This document shows, piece by piece, positions 1 through 12,879 of a stretch of DNA of 64,000 nt; the first letter of the stretch is position 1, and each line of letters opens with the position of its first letter. This stretch comes from Nemertoderma westbladi (taxonomy: Eukaryota; Animalia; Xenacoelomorpha), in contig JAUCBJ010007824.1 of NCBI GenBank assembly GCA_032718475.1, positions 49,316-113,315 on the forward strand, in the 5' to 3' direction. The notes beneath the pieces were generated by a model. That model was not told the origin of the DNA. It made no database searches and saw only the letters and a program-made list of their open reading frames with translations. The position numbers were made by a program, and so were the translations under genes.

Positions 1-71
1 GATCCGGTACGGTACAGTACAGCTCGAAAAATATTAGTTGTAATATTAAATCTATAGTGAAAGTAACCCAC

Positions 72-305
72 CTTGGTGCGGTTGTTAAATTCGTTGCCTT
101 GGATTCTCATCTCTGGTGACTCATACGTTTGGGTAAGTTTTAGAGAAACTAGCAAGGGCTTGTCTTTGCATGTATCCTGAAATGGTCGCTAAATGAGTAC
201 CAGTTTCCCCTGGGGAGTTAGGGGGACAACAGTGGAATAAGTAGCATAAATTTCTACGTAATCAAAGGCCAACTGTCTGGCCGAATAAAACTTTACTTCA
301 CTTTA
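72..305 (+). mobile_element. Possible decayed SINE
   Basis: A-box-like TGGTGCGGTTGTTAA at 5' end, central TAAATGAGTACCAG motif reminiscent of Nin/Deu-type SINE cores, and AATAAA followed by a CTTTAC-like short-repeat tail. No clear B box. Confidence 0.3.
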
Positions 306-2591
306 ATTAATTAATTTGTAATACAATAAATAATATAATTATTCGCAATTACATATATACAAAAAAAAGTAAGGTAAATCGAAACCAATAATAGTTGCAA
401 TAATAGAAAGTTTATTTACGGATTGGCAGTGGAGAACCACCCAGTCATATACAAGAAAATTCATTAGGCATTTGGTGAAAAGCAAATTCTTCGAAAACAT
501 CCCACAACCGACAACTGACAGTCGACCGACGACCGACAACCGCTAAACAAAAATAAATCTGTTTTCCTAACACTCGTTTATTGTTTTGGTTAGTTAGAAT
601 AACCTGAAGCTGCAACTGTACCTTACTGTACCATTAATGTTAATAACGGTAGTCGTCGGTTTTCGGCGTATCGTATAAACCCCTTGTACATTGCAGGCAG
701 ATACAGCACAAGTAAAATGAAAAATACAGATTGTTCTGTTCTACTATTTAAATCAAAATGAAATAAGAAAGAAAATGAAATAAGTAATTCCAAATGGTGA
801 CTCCGTGTTATAGAAGTTTCGAATATTGTCTGAAAGGAAAATAACTCAATGATAAATAAATTTGTTTGGGTTTGGCGACGCCTATATGAAAGTCTACTTC
901 GATTACAATATTATTTAATAGAACCCTTAACTATCTCTAAGAACTCGCCGATATTGAGTTCTGACGGTTTTATAGGGACGCAGTAAATAATGGCAGATTG
1001 CAAGCAAGGAAGGAGTTGGCATGAAACGTAAAGCGAAAATAACTCAGATATGTTTAACTCACCACTCAACTGCGTCTTTGATTATATTCAAAGTTTTTTG
1101 ACAAATCGAATACAATACATTCATTAAAAAAAATTTAACAATTAAATTAAATATTCAGCTGTCATTTTATCTATTATTTATACGAATTTTATATTGGTTA
1201 TTAGATTCGAAATACTGAAAGAATAAATTAAACTTGTAACAAAAGGAAAATTGTGAAGTAAAGTTACGGTCAGTCGCACATCCTGCGCTGTACATCACGC
1301 TCAAATGACAGTGGAACTACCGTGCACGAATTTTATATTCAAGTACCTTATTGGCCTTCAATTGCGACCAACCAGAACCGAGTTAGAAATCGATAACGGA
1401 TATGTGGATCCGTTTGTGTGTGTGCGTGCGCTCGCGAGCGCATACAATATGGTCCGGGCGTCCCAGTTGGTTAATGTGACAATAAAGCCGGCCGTTAAAA
1501 CCCGGGTGCTCTCAGAGGTTGCCAAACCGGACGCTTTAATGATATACCCTAATGGGACTAGCTAGTAACTGCAATCGCTCCCACATAAATTAAGTTCAAA
1601 GACAAATACAGCAGACAGGCGTGAGTTCATTACTCATAGGTTGAGTAAGATATATCGCTAGGCTATTCCTTATACAACAACTGCAGTTTGCAGAGGTGTA
1701 AATGATAGCAATTGGATTCCTTGCAAGGATAAGCCGTGGCAACATTTTAATTATTAAAAGCCACGCACGCCTGAGAAGGAATAATTGAAACTGCACTCCG
1801 TTTGTATTTTAAGCAAACAGGCTTTGATGGTGATATGGTGGGTGAGTTTGCGTAGTGCAGTTCAAATGCATCCTGATTAATCCTGCTACTTACGGCGCCT
1901 GCTGTTTAATGATAGAGTAGGAAGGATTATTACAGCATTTGTAACTTACCACGCACACGGGGCGAGGGGGGAGGGGTGACCTGTAACGGGGTGGGATGGA
2001 GTATTCGGATATATTCACTGCAGGAAAGTCGAGAGTCTGTGACATTAATTATTAAACATAATGAAACTACTGTTCCATACCTTTGAAAAACATGTTATTG
2101 GGGGACATCGCGGACATCAATAATATGAAAGCATAACTCACAAGCACATATCAGTTTCAACAAGTCGATTGTGGTTGCTCAGGGCACTAGAAGTAGCAAC
2201 AGATCAAAATGATCAATGAATACCAATTGATCTGCTGCTGTTATATGATTTGGGGAAAATATTTAGTTACGGGAGGGGGGGGGGGGGGGGGTGGTAGCCC
2301 AACCAAAAACAAAAATTCGTCTAACATTTCCGATCAAAATACAGAATTATCATGGTGAATCCAAATCCACACACCGTTTCTCCAAAACTTGTTTGGTTTT
2401 CAAGATATCTTGGGAAGATATCAGGTACCGATACAAAGTATGAAATGAAAATAATATGAAAATAATATATTAATTTTTTAAATTATAGAATGGACTTCGC
2501 TCTGTAAAATTACTATTTAATGTTGTAATAAGTTAGGAACATGACTAACTATATAAATAGGAACGACCGTATTTATTTTGAAATTTTCCTT

Positions 2592-2730
2592 GGGGGCAAT
2601 GTATTGTTTGGTTGGTAAGTGTCATTGGGGGGCAATTGTCCGACGAGCAATTGTCTGGAGGGTAATTGTACGGGGGCAATTGTCTACGGGGGCAATAGTC
2701 ATGGGGTCAATTGTCCGGGGGGCAATTATA
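2592..2730. repeat. Short tandem array of GGGGGCAATTGTC-like units (~15-16 bp), probably part of a non-autonomous DNA transposon
   Basis: About 8 degenerate copies of GGGGCAATTGTC. These explain the GGNCP repeats in the spurious ORF 2619-2942. Confidence 0.6.
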
Positions 2731-2989
2731 CTGTGACGACAGAGTATAATAGTACCGATAAATACGGTTTTTGCATACTCCAGGGTCGGATTATGTTTTC
2801 GGCTCCTGGTAGCCCCAAATTTCGGGCCCTTCCCCCACCCACCCCATTTTATTGGACCCCGTTAGAAAAAAAAAGTAATTTAAAATTTATTATTATTATT
2901 TTGTACAAAGGATTTCGTTACAAAATTCCACGTTGCTTTTAAGTACCTAAAGGCGGCCCCAAATAGGGTCATGATAAAATACACCCGGA

Positions 2990-3053
2990 GGCGCTCGGAG
3001 AAGTAATCTGGAGGTCAAGGGTTCAAATCCTATCTGTTGCCCACGTTTTTTTT
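2990..3053 (+). other. tRNA-derived fragment (3' half; SINE head or tRNA pseudogene)
   Basis: B-box GGTTCAAATCC preceded by GAGGTC and followed by a T-run. No complete cloverleaf. Confidence 0.3.
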
Positions 3054-3616
3054 CGCAAGTAATAAGACATGTACAATAACACGTTCGTGGGGTCTTCGCG
3101 CTCCACGAGGCTCAGTTATGAGATACAAATTAAAATTTAGCGATTGCATCACAAAATCAGTATTTTGATAAATTTAACCACACCGCCAATCAATCAAAAA
3201 AGGTGGATAGTAGGCCTACGTGTTCAGCCCTTTTAATCTGCACCCCAACCCAAAGGCACAAACGGCGCCACAGTATATGATATTGATGGCAGTTAGGTAT
3301 TGAGAGTGAATTTGTGTTTTATGGGTAAATCAAGATCGTAGACTGCTCAATTTGTCAGAAATATAGAAAATATCTTATGCCGATGTTGATGCAGTAAATG
3401 ATATTGAAATAATTAAATTAATATACCGGTGCCACCATAGTCAACGCAGTACTCGTCTTCTTTATAAGCCTCTTTATGCTCGTCCTGTTTTGCATTTAAA
3501 TATCTTTCCTAAACGCAGCAGACTGACAATCTTTATAACTATCGATGCGTTCAATATGCGAAGATAGGTGGTTTATAGGAGTATAGTCAACGCAGTACTC
3601 GTCTTCATTACAAGCC

Positions 3617-4786
3617 TGTAAAGGCTTTTGCGGATCTAGCTAGTTATTTTCCCCGCAAAGTACTCTGTAGGTGTTTCAGTGGATATAAAAAGCCATTTCT
3701 TCTGTATGTGTACTTTAGTGGACATAACTAGCTGTGTACTTTAGCGGACATAACTAGCGATCTTATGTCGCAATAAGCCAAAATCCTCTTGATACAGTGT
3801 AGTTACCATGACGACATCTAACAGCTGATATGTCCACGTGTAACATTTCTTTGTTCTTTGTTCTCTCTTTGTTCGGTCGACCAATCAGAGCGTTTTTTGA
3901 CTCTGTGTTGGAGATTGTATACAGAAACTCATGCGATTCAGTCAGTATGTGTATTTTTGTCCACAGCCATAAGACCGGCTTTGGAATTCTGTGTTTTCAG
4001 GCTTTAGCCAAAAATTAGTAGGCTTGATCATAGAAACGTATAACTGTTATCAATTCAATTCATACCAAACCAACTCAGTACATATGCATTATGCTTTCAC
4101 CGCATTATTTCACTGCTATTTATGGTTTATTCGGTTATTAATTATATCAGTTGATGGAATCTTGTTATATTTGGATAATATCTATAAATAATCAGAAAAC
4201 CCCAATCTTCTTGATATACTGAAGGTTAGAGAGACCGGTTACATATAAAAATTGCGACTTACATTATATTGGTTTTGGAGTGAATCTAATGCTATTTCAT
4301 AGGCACTACATGAGTCGGTTGTTGTTCTCTTTATATGTGACTAAAATTAGTGAAGGTCGGCAGATCGGTGTGCAGCATTGTGCGGTAGTGTGCATGATTG
4401 TGACTGATAACAAAGCATCTCCTAAAGAATGTGCTTTATACGTGAATCCATAGCCATCCCGTTGTGTCTAGTGTAAGTCATAACTCTGTTTACATATTTA
4501 GAGCGCCACGTCCTAAAGGAACTGTTAATATTTCCCGAAAGTGAATAATATTGTCAGAAATTATATATTAACGATCAGTCGAATAATACAGTAGGCCTAC
4601 ACCGCAATAAGGTCAAAGCTTCCGAATCCAGTCTTCCGGGTATATCCAGCGGGTGAATGGTCGCGCATAGACTGGCTTCGGCTAATGTAGTGTATCAAAT
4701 ACTCGTCATAGGCTAAAGTCGATTTATAATCTAGAAGACATCCAAATTTGGCAGGTTAAACTGCTAAAGGTCTGAAAGCACGAACA
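3617..4786 (+). repeat. 5' LTR of copy A (1170 bp, TG...CA)
   Basis: Start matches 15399; end GAACA defined by alignment with the TSD-delimited LTRs of copy B. Confidence 0.9.
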
Positions 4787-5140
4787 ATAACAGTTATTAT
4801 CGTCTGATTGCAGTGTAGGCAATAAATACAGTTTAATATTGTTCTGGTAAGAACAATAACAGTTATTGCTTCTGTATTGCAGTAGGCAATAAAGCTGAAG
4901 TACCGGTCAACCGGTACCCAGTAGGCCTAACTACCTAAACACCCGAACCGGTACTTACAGTACAGCAGTACAGGTACAGCAGTATTATTTCGATTGTGAT
5001 ATATTGTATATTGTAGGCTGTTAGGGGATTAGGGATTGATCATCCCTTATTCCTTTGTATGGTTTACTTATTTCTGTCAGTTTTATTTATTTGTAGGCTA
5101 ATATTGAGCAGAAGGCGTGTAAGCCTGCTCAGATTGTACA

Positions 5141-5700
5141 GATAATTTATAGGCTGGATTGTTGTCTGGCTGTTGTTAGGTCTGAAGAGATTACGGTGTG
5201 TGTAGAACGAGTTAGGAATGTAGGGGCTTCCAGTGCTGTGAGGTAAATCCCCTCGAAAGAATAAGTCGTACTACTCGGTTAGAACGCATACTAACTAACC
5301 ATTTCGGAGTCTGCATATACTGTAGTTTGTTTAGGCTTGATAGTAGTCTGCCAGCGTTTGGTCTGTATTTTTGTTTGTGTAGTCTGTACGGGTAGCGTAA
5401 TATTTCTTATTTAGATAATTTGTAGGCTGGATTGTTGTCTGGCTGTTATTAGGTCTGAAGAGATTTCGGTGTGTGTAGAGTGTATGTCCGATAAATTACT
5501 AGTTAGGAACGTAGGGGCTTCCAGTGCTGTGAGGTAAATCCCCTCGAAAGAATAAGTCATACTACTCGGTTAGAACGCATACTAACTAACCATTTCGGAG
5601 TCTGCATATACTGTAGTTTGTTTGGGCTTGATAGTAGTCTGCCAGCGTTTGGTCTGTATTTTGTTTGAGTAGTCTGTACGTGTAGCGTAATATTTATTAT
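5141..5700 (+). repeat. ~280-bp direct duplication in the 5' leader of copy A
   Basis: GATAATTT.TAGGCTGGATTGTTG...GTAGCGTAATATTT occurs at 5141 and 5414; the same duplication is in copy B (~19900-20480). Confidence 0.9.
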
Positions 5701-6649
5701 TCAGAGTTTATGCGATTATTCGCAACATTCATATCCCCAAGTTTATTCCTACAGTAATTGTGCTTGTTGTACATACCGTTATAGTTAAATTAACCCCGGT
5801 ACTACATCAGGGCTGCTTGGCGTAGGTAAAGACTGGTGATTTTGTGCCCCGGTCACTCCAGCAGATACCGTGGTTCTTTTAGCTGTACAAGTATTTCTAA
5901 CTGCTGATTATTTGTTGTATAAGTACTTGTACCTAATTTAGGGTTTAGTGTACAGTGCTTTCCGAAGGTAATTAGTGTGTAGACAGTATATTTGTGTTGT
6001 AAAGTGGTTAATAGGCACGTTGGTTCTGGTAGACCGCGGTAATTAACTTCTAGGTAGGAACACTCCGTGATACATAACGTAGTACTTATAGCGATACGGC
6101 TATAAGTCGTCAGACGGTGGTATTTTTCCTATCTGGACAATGCAGTATATTTACTACTGCTTTGTTATTTTCAAATACCGTAGTACCCTGTCCGTTGTAA
6201 TAACCAGATATTCTAACCCTTTGTTAGGCTGGTTTGTAGACTTCTTGTAAAATTACCCTAAAAATTCGTACGTGTAAATTTTTGTGTTTATTTAGAGATT
6301 GTAATCTCACCCCGAATTGTACGTAATTTGTAGTATTAAGTAACTTAGGTAAATTAGAATTATTTGTTTTAGTGTCCAACAAGTAGCACTTCACTGAGAG
6401 CGTACAGCTTCTGTGCGGTGACTCCTTCCCAGAAATAATAACATTTATTTCAAATATTGACAAAAACCCATTAAACGGGTATATATATTATAAATCAACT
6501 CAAACCGATTTATAAAATAGTAGGCCTGTCTTACAACCATTAGGTCTTAATATCAGTTGGACTACTGCTTAAATAACGGTAATCAAGTAAAGTAAAGTAA
6601 CCAAGTAACCCCTAAAATTCAGAAATTCAATTATTCTAAAATAATTGAC

Positions 6650-6910
6650 ATACCGGTATTTACGATAGGCTCATTATATCTATTTCTATAAATTTGCGCT
6701 GAAATTATATACCGGTATTCTGTAATTAATTCTAGTCCATAATTATACTTATATGTACTATAAGTGTAAGCTGTATACCGGTATTCACGATAGGCCTATT
6801 ATATATTTATATATATAGTTGTGCTGAAATTATATACCGGTATTCTGTGACAAACCTAGTCTGTAATAATACTTATATATATACTATAAGTGTATACCGG
6901 TATTCTAATA
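6650..6910 (+). repeat. ~125-bp tandem units with TACCGGTATT cores upstream of gag (copy A)
   Basis: Repeated TACCGGTATT..GATAGGC / GCTGAAATTATATACCGGTATTCTG; 2 units here versus 3 in copy B. Confidence 0.85.
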
Positions 6911-7040
6911 TATTATATATATATCATGCTATACTGAGTAGCAGTATTGGTAATTAATTACTAGGCTAACAGTTGATACTGAATTACTAGACTTGCTTTA
7001 ACTGTAATATAGCAGTAGGCATTCAACTGTACAAACAAAC

Positions 7041-9798
7041 ATGTCTGACACAAAGCCAAACCTGTCAGACAGTCTCCTAGATACAACCATCTGTGACCCA
7101 GACAGGAGTGTGGAACGTGTGAGACCAAAGTTCAACTCACCTCCTACTGTAAGAAAGATCATCCCTCCAGTAGTAATATCAGACCCTAGGCTAGTCCAAC
7201 ACCGTAGGTCTATCATAGGCACTCGAGCTCAGGTCAAGCGGGACCAAGAAGCAGCGGAACAGCAGCAACACTCGAGCCGAGAACTTATTTCTCAGCGGCC
7301 CGACAGCTCCAGTAGTGCGGATACTGTAGAGCTGACACCCGAGCGCGGAGCAAAGATGGCAGATGCGGTTTATTCGGATCCCCTTCTCATCCTTCCTGCA
7401 GCAGTACTCACTAGGGTATTGATTGCGGTGGAGGAACACCAGATTGATTGGGCGAGAAGTAAGCGATCGACCAAGGATAGTTATGCGGGATACACAAGGG
7501 AAGAACTGAAGTCTATTGTCGAGTCGCAATGGAACTTCCCCGGACCCGGACTCCCGTTTGACTTATCGGAAGCTGCCTGGGAAGACATACACAGGATGGG
7601 AGTGACAAAAGAAACCAGCGATCCAGCTGTGTGGAAGAGGTCAGCAGCAGGATACGTACAGGATTATTCAGCTCTATGGAGCGATTAGAGGAACAACTGT
7701 TTCGACAACCCCAAGGACCTCAAGAGCAGGGAGAGCTGCTTTATAAAGTTAGAGAAAGAATTCTCCGAATCAGACTAATCTTATCGGCCTTTGAGGAGGC
7801 TTCGAAAAGAAGACAAGACACGTCGTTGCAAGTTGCCGTAAAGACTTGGTTTCAGCGGGTGAGTCTCAAAGTTCAAGGAACTGCCACGTGGAAATCTCAG
7901 TTGGCCGAGCGCTCAACCCATGGAGAATCAACAGACGCTACCTTTTCCCAAGTGGAAAGTGAAGTGACAGCAGAAAAACCGCATAAGAGGGATGCTATTG
8001 ACATCTATCTGTCAGACTATCAACGATTTGTAGGTGACGAAGAGTTGAGGAGACGGCTGTCTGGACTTAGCCCTAATAGTGAAGGAGCCAAGCTTGTGTT
8101 GGACGCAATTGATGCGGATATGATAGCTGCGAACCAAGCTAAATTTGATGAACGCCTCCGCATCGCTAGGGTCCAAGAAGAACAAGTAAAGAAAAAACGT
8201 ATAGAAGACAGAAAGACAACAGCAGCGGCAATGGCAGCGGCAGAAGCGGAAAGAAAGGCAGCAGAGGCAGCGGCAGAGGCAAAACCGGCAGCTGCAGCAA
8301 TAAAAGCGGCAGCGGTAGAGGCAAAAGCGGCAGCTGCAGCAGTAGAAGCGGAAAGAAAAGCGGCAGCGGCAGAAGCAAAAGCGGCAGCAGCAGAGGCAAA
8401 AGCGGCAGCGGCAGAAGCGGAAAGAAAGATAGCAGTGGCAGAAGCAGAACGAAGAGCATCGGAAGAGACCACCCAACTAGATTTGGAAAATATTCAAGAG
8501 AATCAAGACTGCATAAATAAACAGTTAACAGCTAGTCATATGCAGATGATGAATCGATCTACTCCCAAAAGACAGGGATATACATCATCTGATGAAGGCG
8601 ATACCACCGATCCTGAAGGCGGAGGAAATAGATCTCGTCTAAGCAGACGTAGAAGAATGTCCCACCGTCAGAAATTGCCTGATTTGCCCCCAGCTGTTAG
8701 AAGGCAACTAACTAACACAGACTTAGGTAGTACAGAACCCACAGACCAAATAATTAAAATAGAAAGACTCCCTACTATAGTAGATGAGCCTGAAATAATT
8801 AGGCCTGTTCTCGAAGCCACCCCTTCGGTGATAGAGACACCTGTACTCCCTGAACCTACCTCTAAATTCACTCTGCACAGCACTAAGCTACCTGTGCCCC
8901 ACAGAACCACCCCTGAAAATGTTCATGTCCTGGACTCCGAGCGAAATATTAATGATATGTCGCCCGTTGTCCCTTGTCCGCCCGCTACAACGTTGGCGCC
9001 TCCCGCTTCGGCGGTCGAGTGGGTAGATGAGGGACGACGGGAGATGGGTCTCCTGCTCGGGCAGCTGAGGGAACACCGTTCTTGCTCCTCTCAGCAGGTC
9101 CAGGAGATGGGGGAGACTGTGCAGCAGTTAAAGGGAACAATTAGAGAGGGTAGGTTAGAGTTGCAAGAAGTGCAGCAAAGTATTGCGTTAGAACGCGACA
9201 AACTAGTAAATCTCCAAAAGGGTATACCACCACCCCCTGTAACAATGTGTCAACCTGTTAGGTCTGAAGTATTTCATGCGCAAGGTGTGGAGCCTACACG
9301 CATCTATACTGCTAGTGAAGTGGAAACTCCTATAATAAACCCTATTAAGGGTAATTATAAACCTGTTGACAATGATATTCCATATAGACTTGATAATAAT
9401 CCGAGAAATTTATATACCGATAACTCGATATTAAATAACACGATGGCCCAAGAAAGTTTTACACGTCAAATGGCTAGAACCGAAGCCCGTCAAGCGGTAA
9501 AGGTGGGAGAGATCGTCAAGTTCAATGGAGATGAGATGAAATGGTTACCTTTTAATGAATATTATAAAGATAACATACAGAACTCTGTGCTATCTAATGG
9601 AGAGAAACTTAGATTCCTCATCGAGTGCTTGGAAGGATCTCCCAAGTTAATGGCGTTAAAGTTTATTGGACATCCAGATGGATTAAGACAAGTTTGGGAT
9701 ACCCTAAACATCAGGTATGGTAATAGGAATAACATAGCTAGGTATTGGTAGCGCCCCGAAAGTTCATTAGCAGCGGGATTATAGAGTTTTCCGATGAG
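7041..9798 (+). pseudogene. gag: Bel/Pao gag (frameshifted, interrupted), copy A
   Basis: ORFs 7041-7688 and 7631-9751 join via a 1-bp deletion near 7661 relative to copy B. Motifs KFNGDEMKWLPF..KLRFLIECLEG..WDTLNIRYG are typical of the Bel/Pao capsid-like (DUF1759) domain. Confidence 0.9.
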
Positions 9799-10770
9799 CA
9801 GTTTGAAGAAATACATACATAAAAAGGACAACAAAAGTCATTAAAGGGACAACAAAAGTCATTATGCACAATTCGTAAAAAAAGGAGGACAAAAAAGTCA
9901 AATAAAAGGGGTGCATGTAAAGTGCGGACTGGCGGACTACGGACTGCAGTTTGCCAAAATCCACGCGGTCAATTTGAATTATCGACTTCCAAACTAAGAA
10001 TCCGTTCTTTGTTGTCTGGACAAATGGCAGACTGAAGCCGGCAAATTGTAACCTGATTGGTGGCTCAATCATTTACATAGGCTGAAAGGGAACTTAAAGA
10101 ATGAATCATCCAATTGCAGCATTGGCTTTTAAATGTTTACCATTGCTGCATTGTGCAACACTGTAATACAGGAAATAATTATCCTATACAGTAATTACGT
10201 AATGGACTGTTGATTAAGGGACTACTACTAGTGGCGAACCTATACCTCTACTGTAAATACAGTAGTAATCAGGTAATATTTTCCTAAACTTTCACATCAA
10301 GGCACTATTATCTTACTTAAGCCTGGATGTATTATAGTAAGTTTAGTTTTGGACGTTTAAGAATAGGCCTACTACACGTGCAATATACGGCCGCCATCGA
10401 TGACGTTAGTTATTATACTTAGTTTTAGTTTGAATTAATCGAAAACTTCAACCGGCTGACCGGTAGCCGGTGTAACAGGAAAATATGCCCCCCCGGGAAA
10501 TGTGCCCGGGGGGGGGCATATTTTCCTAGGAAAAAATGCCCCCCCGGGCAAATTTCCCTAGGAAAAAATCCCCCCCCTTAGGAAATTATGCCCCCCCTGA
10601 ATTATACAATAAACAAAACTTATTACTACTAAAATTTACAAAAATTATACAAAACAATAAACAGTCACTTTACCAAATGAAGGAAAGGAGCAGGTTACAG
10701 AGGCAGGCCTTTCTAACCAAAACAATAAACGATCATTTAACTAATTGAGGGAAAGGAGCCGGTTACAGAG
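9799..10770. other. Foreign ~970-bp insertion replacing ~700 bp of gag in copy A; contains G/C-run MITE-like sequence
   Basis: Homology to copy B stops at CCGATGAG (9798) and resumes at GCGCAAA..TCATATCTTG (10771). C/G-run repeats lie at 10484-10600. Confidence 0.75.
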
Positions 10771-12326
10771 GCGCAAATCATCATATCTTGTTGCACACTG
10801 AATTCGATCTACATTCGAATTCGAACTACATGTCCAATTCAGTGATGTGAACGACACTGACCAAAGTTCTGAGATGGAAGGATTCTATACGGACGAATTC
10901 TCCGACGAAAACGAATCCTGTTACCTGATAAATACCGCAGTGTATCGAGCACTTACGTATGAAAAGGACACCGACAGCGAGCTCCCCCTAACTACTTGTG
11001 ACCGACAACCATCTTGGAAAGCACCAACTTCCAATGTAGGAATCCGAGAATTTCCCGTAGTGCAGTTAAGGATCCACGGACCTAAAAGGAGTTATACAGT
11101 GAACGCCCTCCTTGACTCCGGTAGCACAGGAACATTCATCGACAAAGAACTAGCCGAAGACATATTTGCTGGACAACCCAAGTTCCGAACTAAGTTAAAC
11201 ATGTCAGGAATTATGCAGGTTTGGAAATCTACAGTAATAGCGGATTATTATGTAGGTGCGTTGTCCACCCCCCAGGATGAACTAGGAGAACACAGCATAA
11301 GGTCAGTAAAAATGGTGGCGATAAAGAACTTCGCTACCAGCCAAGTAGAACCTTATAACTGGGATGAGGACGATTCCACCCAGCAGCTTAATATACCTAG
11401 ATTCAACACAGACTACCCTGGAGTGCAAATACTCATCGGCCAAAATGCGCATGAGGCGCTTGAGACATTGGAGAAACGGCCTGCTCAACCGCAACCACTA
11501 CAACCCTATGCGGGAAGAACTAGAGTAGGTTGGTACTTTACTGGCCCTTCCCGTAGAACTCTCATAGAAAGGTTACCAAAAGAACGGGTATACCAAGTAA
11601 GTGAATGGGAAGCGGAGAGCAGTGAGGTAGACGACCCAACTGAGGGAACACCATACTCCTCAGATAATGACGATATTAACTCCAATGTAGATCAATGGAG
11701 ACATTGCCCCGAGACGATTAATCTAGCCGACATCGCTTCCAGAGGAGCAACTCCTCAAGAACTGACAGATACTCCAGACTGGTTAGGTGGACCCGACTTC
11801 CTAAGTAAAGAAGATGAATGGCCACGGCTATAGATCCACGGCTGAGAATAGACAAGCCAAGGGAGCGGAGAAAGTCAAACCTAAAACCCGGGCGAGTAAA
11901 TCAAGGTTATTTAAACCCGTGATAGATCTGTCTGTACTACACATTGCCAGGGACGACGCTGTGGATCTAAACTCCCCCACCGTGAACCGATCTGTTGTGG
12001 AGATCAGAGAGAGAGACTGGAGATCTGGAACACCAGATGTCTCACCGGGACTCTCACCTCTCCTGCCGGGAGCGATGGACCACTATAGATCCTGGAATTG
12101 GCTTTGTAAGGCCGTCGTGTATTTGAAGCGATGTTTCTATCGTCACTATACCAGGACGAAAAGGAAACCTGGAATTGTCTTCGAGACACAGCAGCTCAAT
12201 CGCCCAGTTGGTCGTTTATGTTTACTGGAACGAGACCGAGAACTGTCCGGAAACTATGGAAGGCAAGATACTCTTCCCACGACCACCTCCCTAATCCAAC
12301 AAACATCTAGGGACTCCCCAACGTAA
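10771..12326 (+). pseudogene. pol: pol remnants of copy A: aspartic protease, post-RNase H linker, integrase C-terminal tail
   Basis: ALLDSGSTGTFI protease; jump at ~11680 to QWRHCP..NLADIASRG..WLGGPDFL; YRSWNWLCKAVVYLKR; RPVGRLCLLE. RT, RNase H and the integrase core are deleted. Confidence 0.9.
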
Positions 12327-12879
12327 CAGCGTCTGGAGTGGGTGTATGACTATATTATTTTATATTTGTTTTTATTATTTTATATTTATGTATGTATTAT
12401 TATGTAATTTTATTATAATCGTTTTCTTTAATTTTATTTAGTAGAATGTTATTTTAGCAATTATTTAGTAGATTAGTGCAATATATATTAGTGTTTATTA
12501 CTTAATTACTTATATATTATATATTTACAGCGACGGCGAGAAATAATTATTTTTCTCTTTCCTTACTGTCCGTATTACATTACAAATACGTAACTACAGT
12601 AAGATGAAATGTCCGTACTTATTAAAGTACAATAAAGCTCCTACTATATTTAAGTATTATTGGTAGGCAGAGTATTAGGAATGCAAAATTCAGATCCTCG
12701 TGTATCGGCTAAACCAAGCTCTGGGTAGACCTTGGAAATGACTTGCCTCTTCTCACTGACATTGCTTCGTGCGATATTGCTCTCATACCGTATATTAAAT
12801 AATACATATAGTAGCGTGATGTCCCTTTAACAGTAGCGTATAACGCAAAATAAATCTGTTAAACCCTTTGACCATCTGT

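Noticed and set aside
1305-1796. Small ORFs at the window start
   Set aside because: No recognisable motifs or supported splice structure; possibly non-coding regulatory DNA.
6224-6463. 79-aa minus-strand ORF conserved in both copies (21002-21241)
   Set aside because: Non-ATG start, no motifs; conservation is explained by overall copy identity.
8012-8476. Cys-, Ala- or Leu/Pro-rich minus-strand ORFs (also 23026-23370)
   Set aside because: Antisense shadows of the GCA/GCG repeat in gag.
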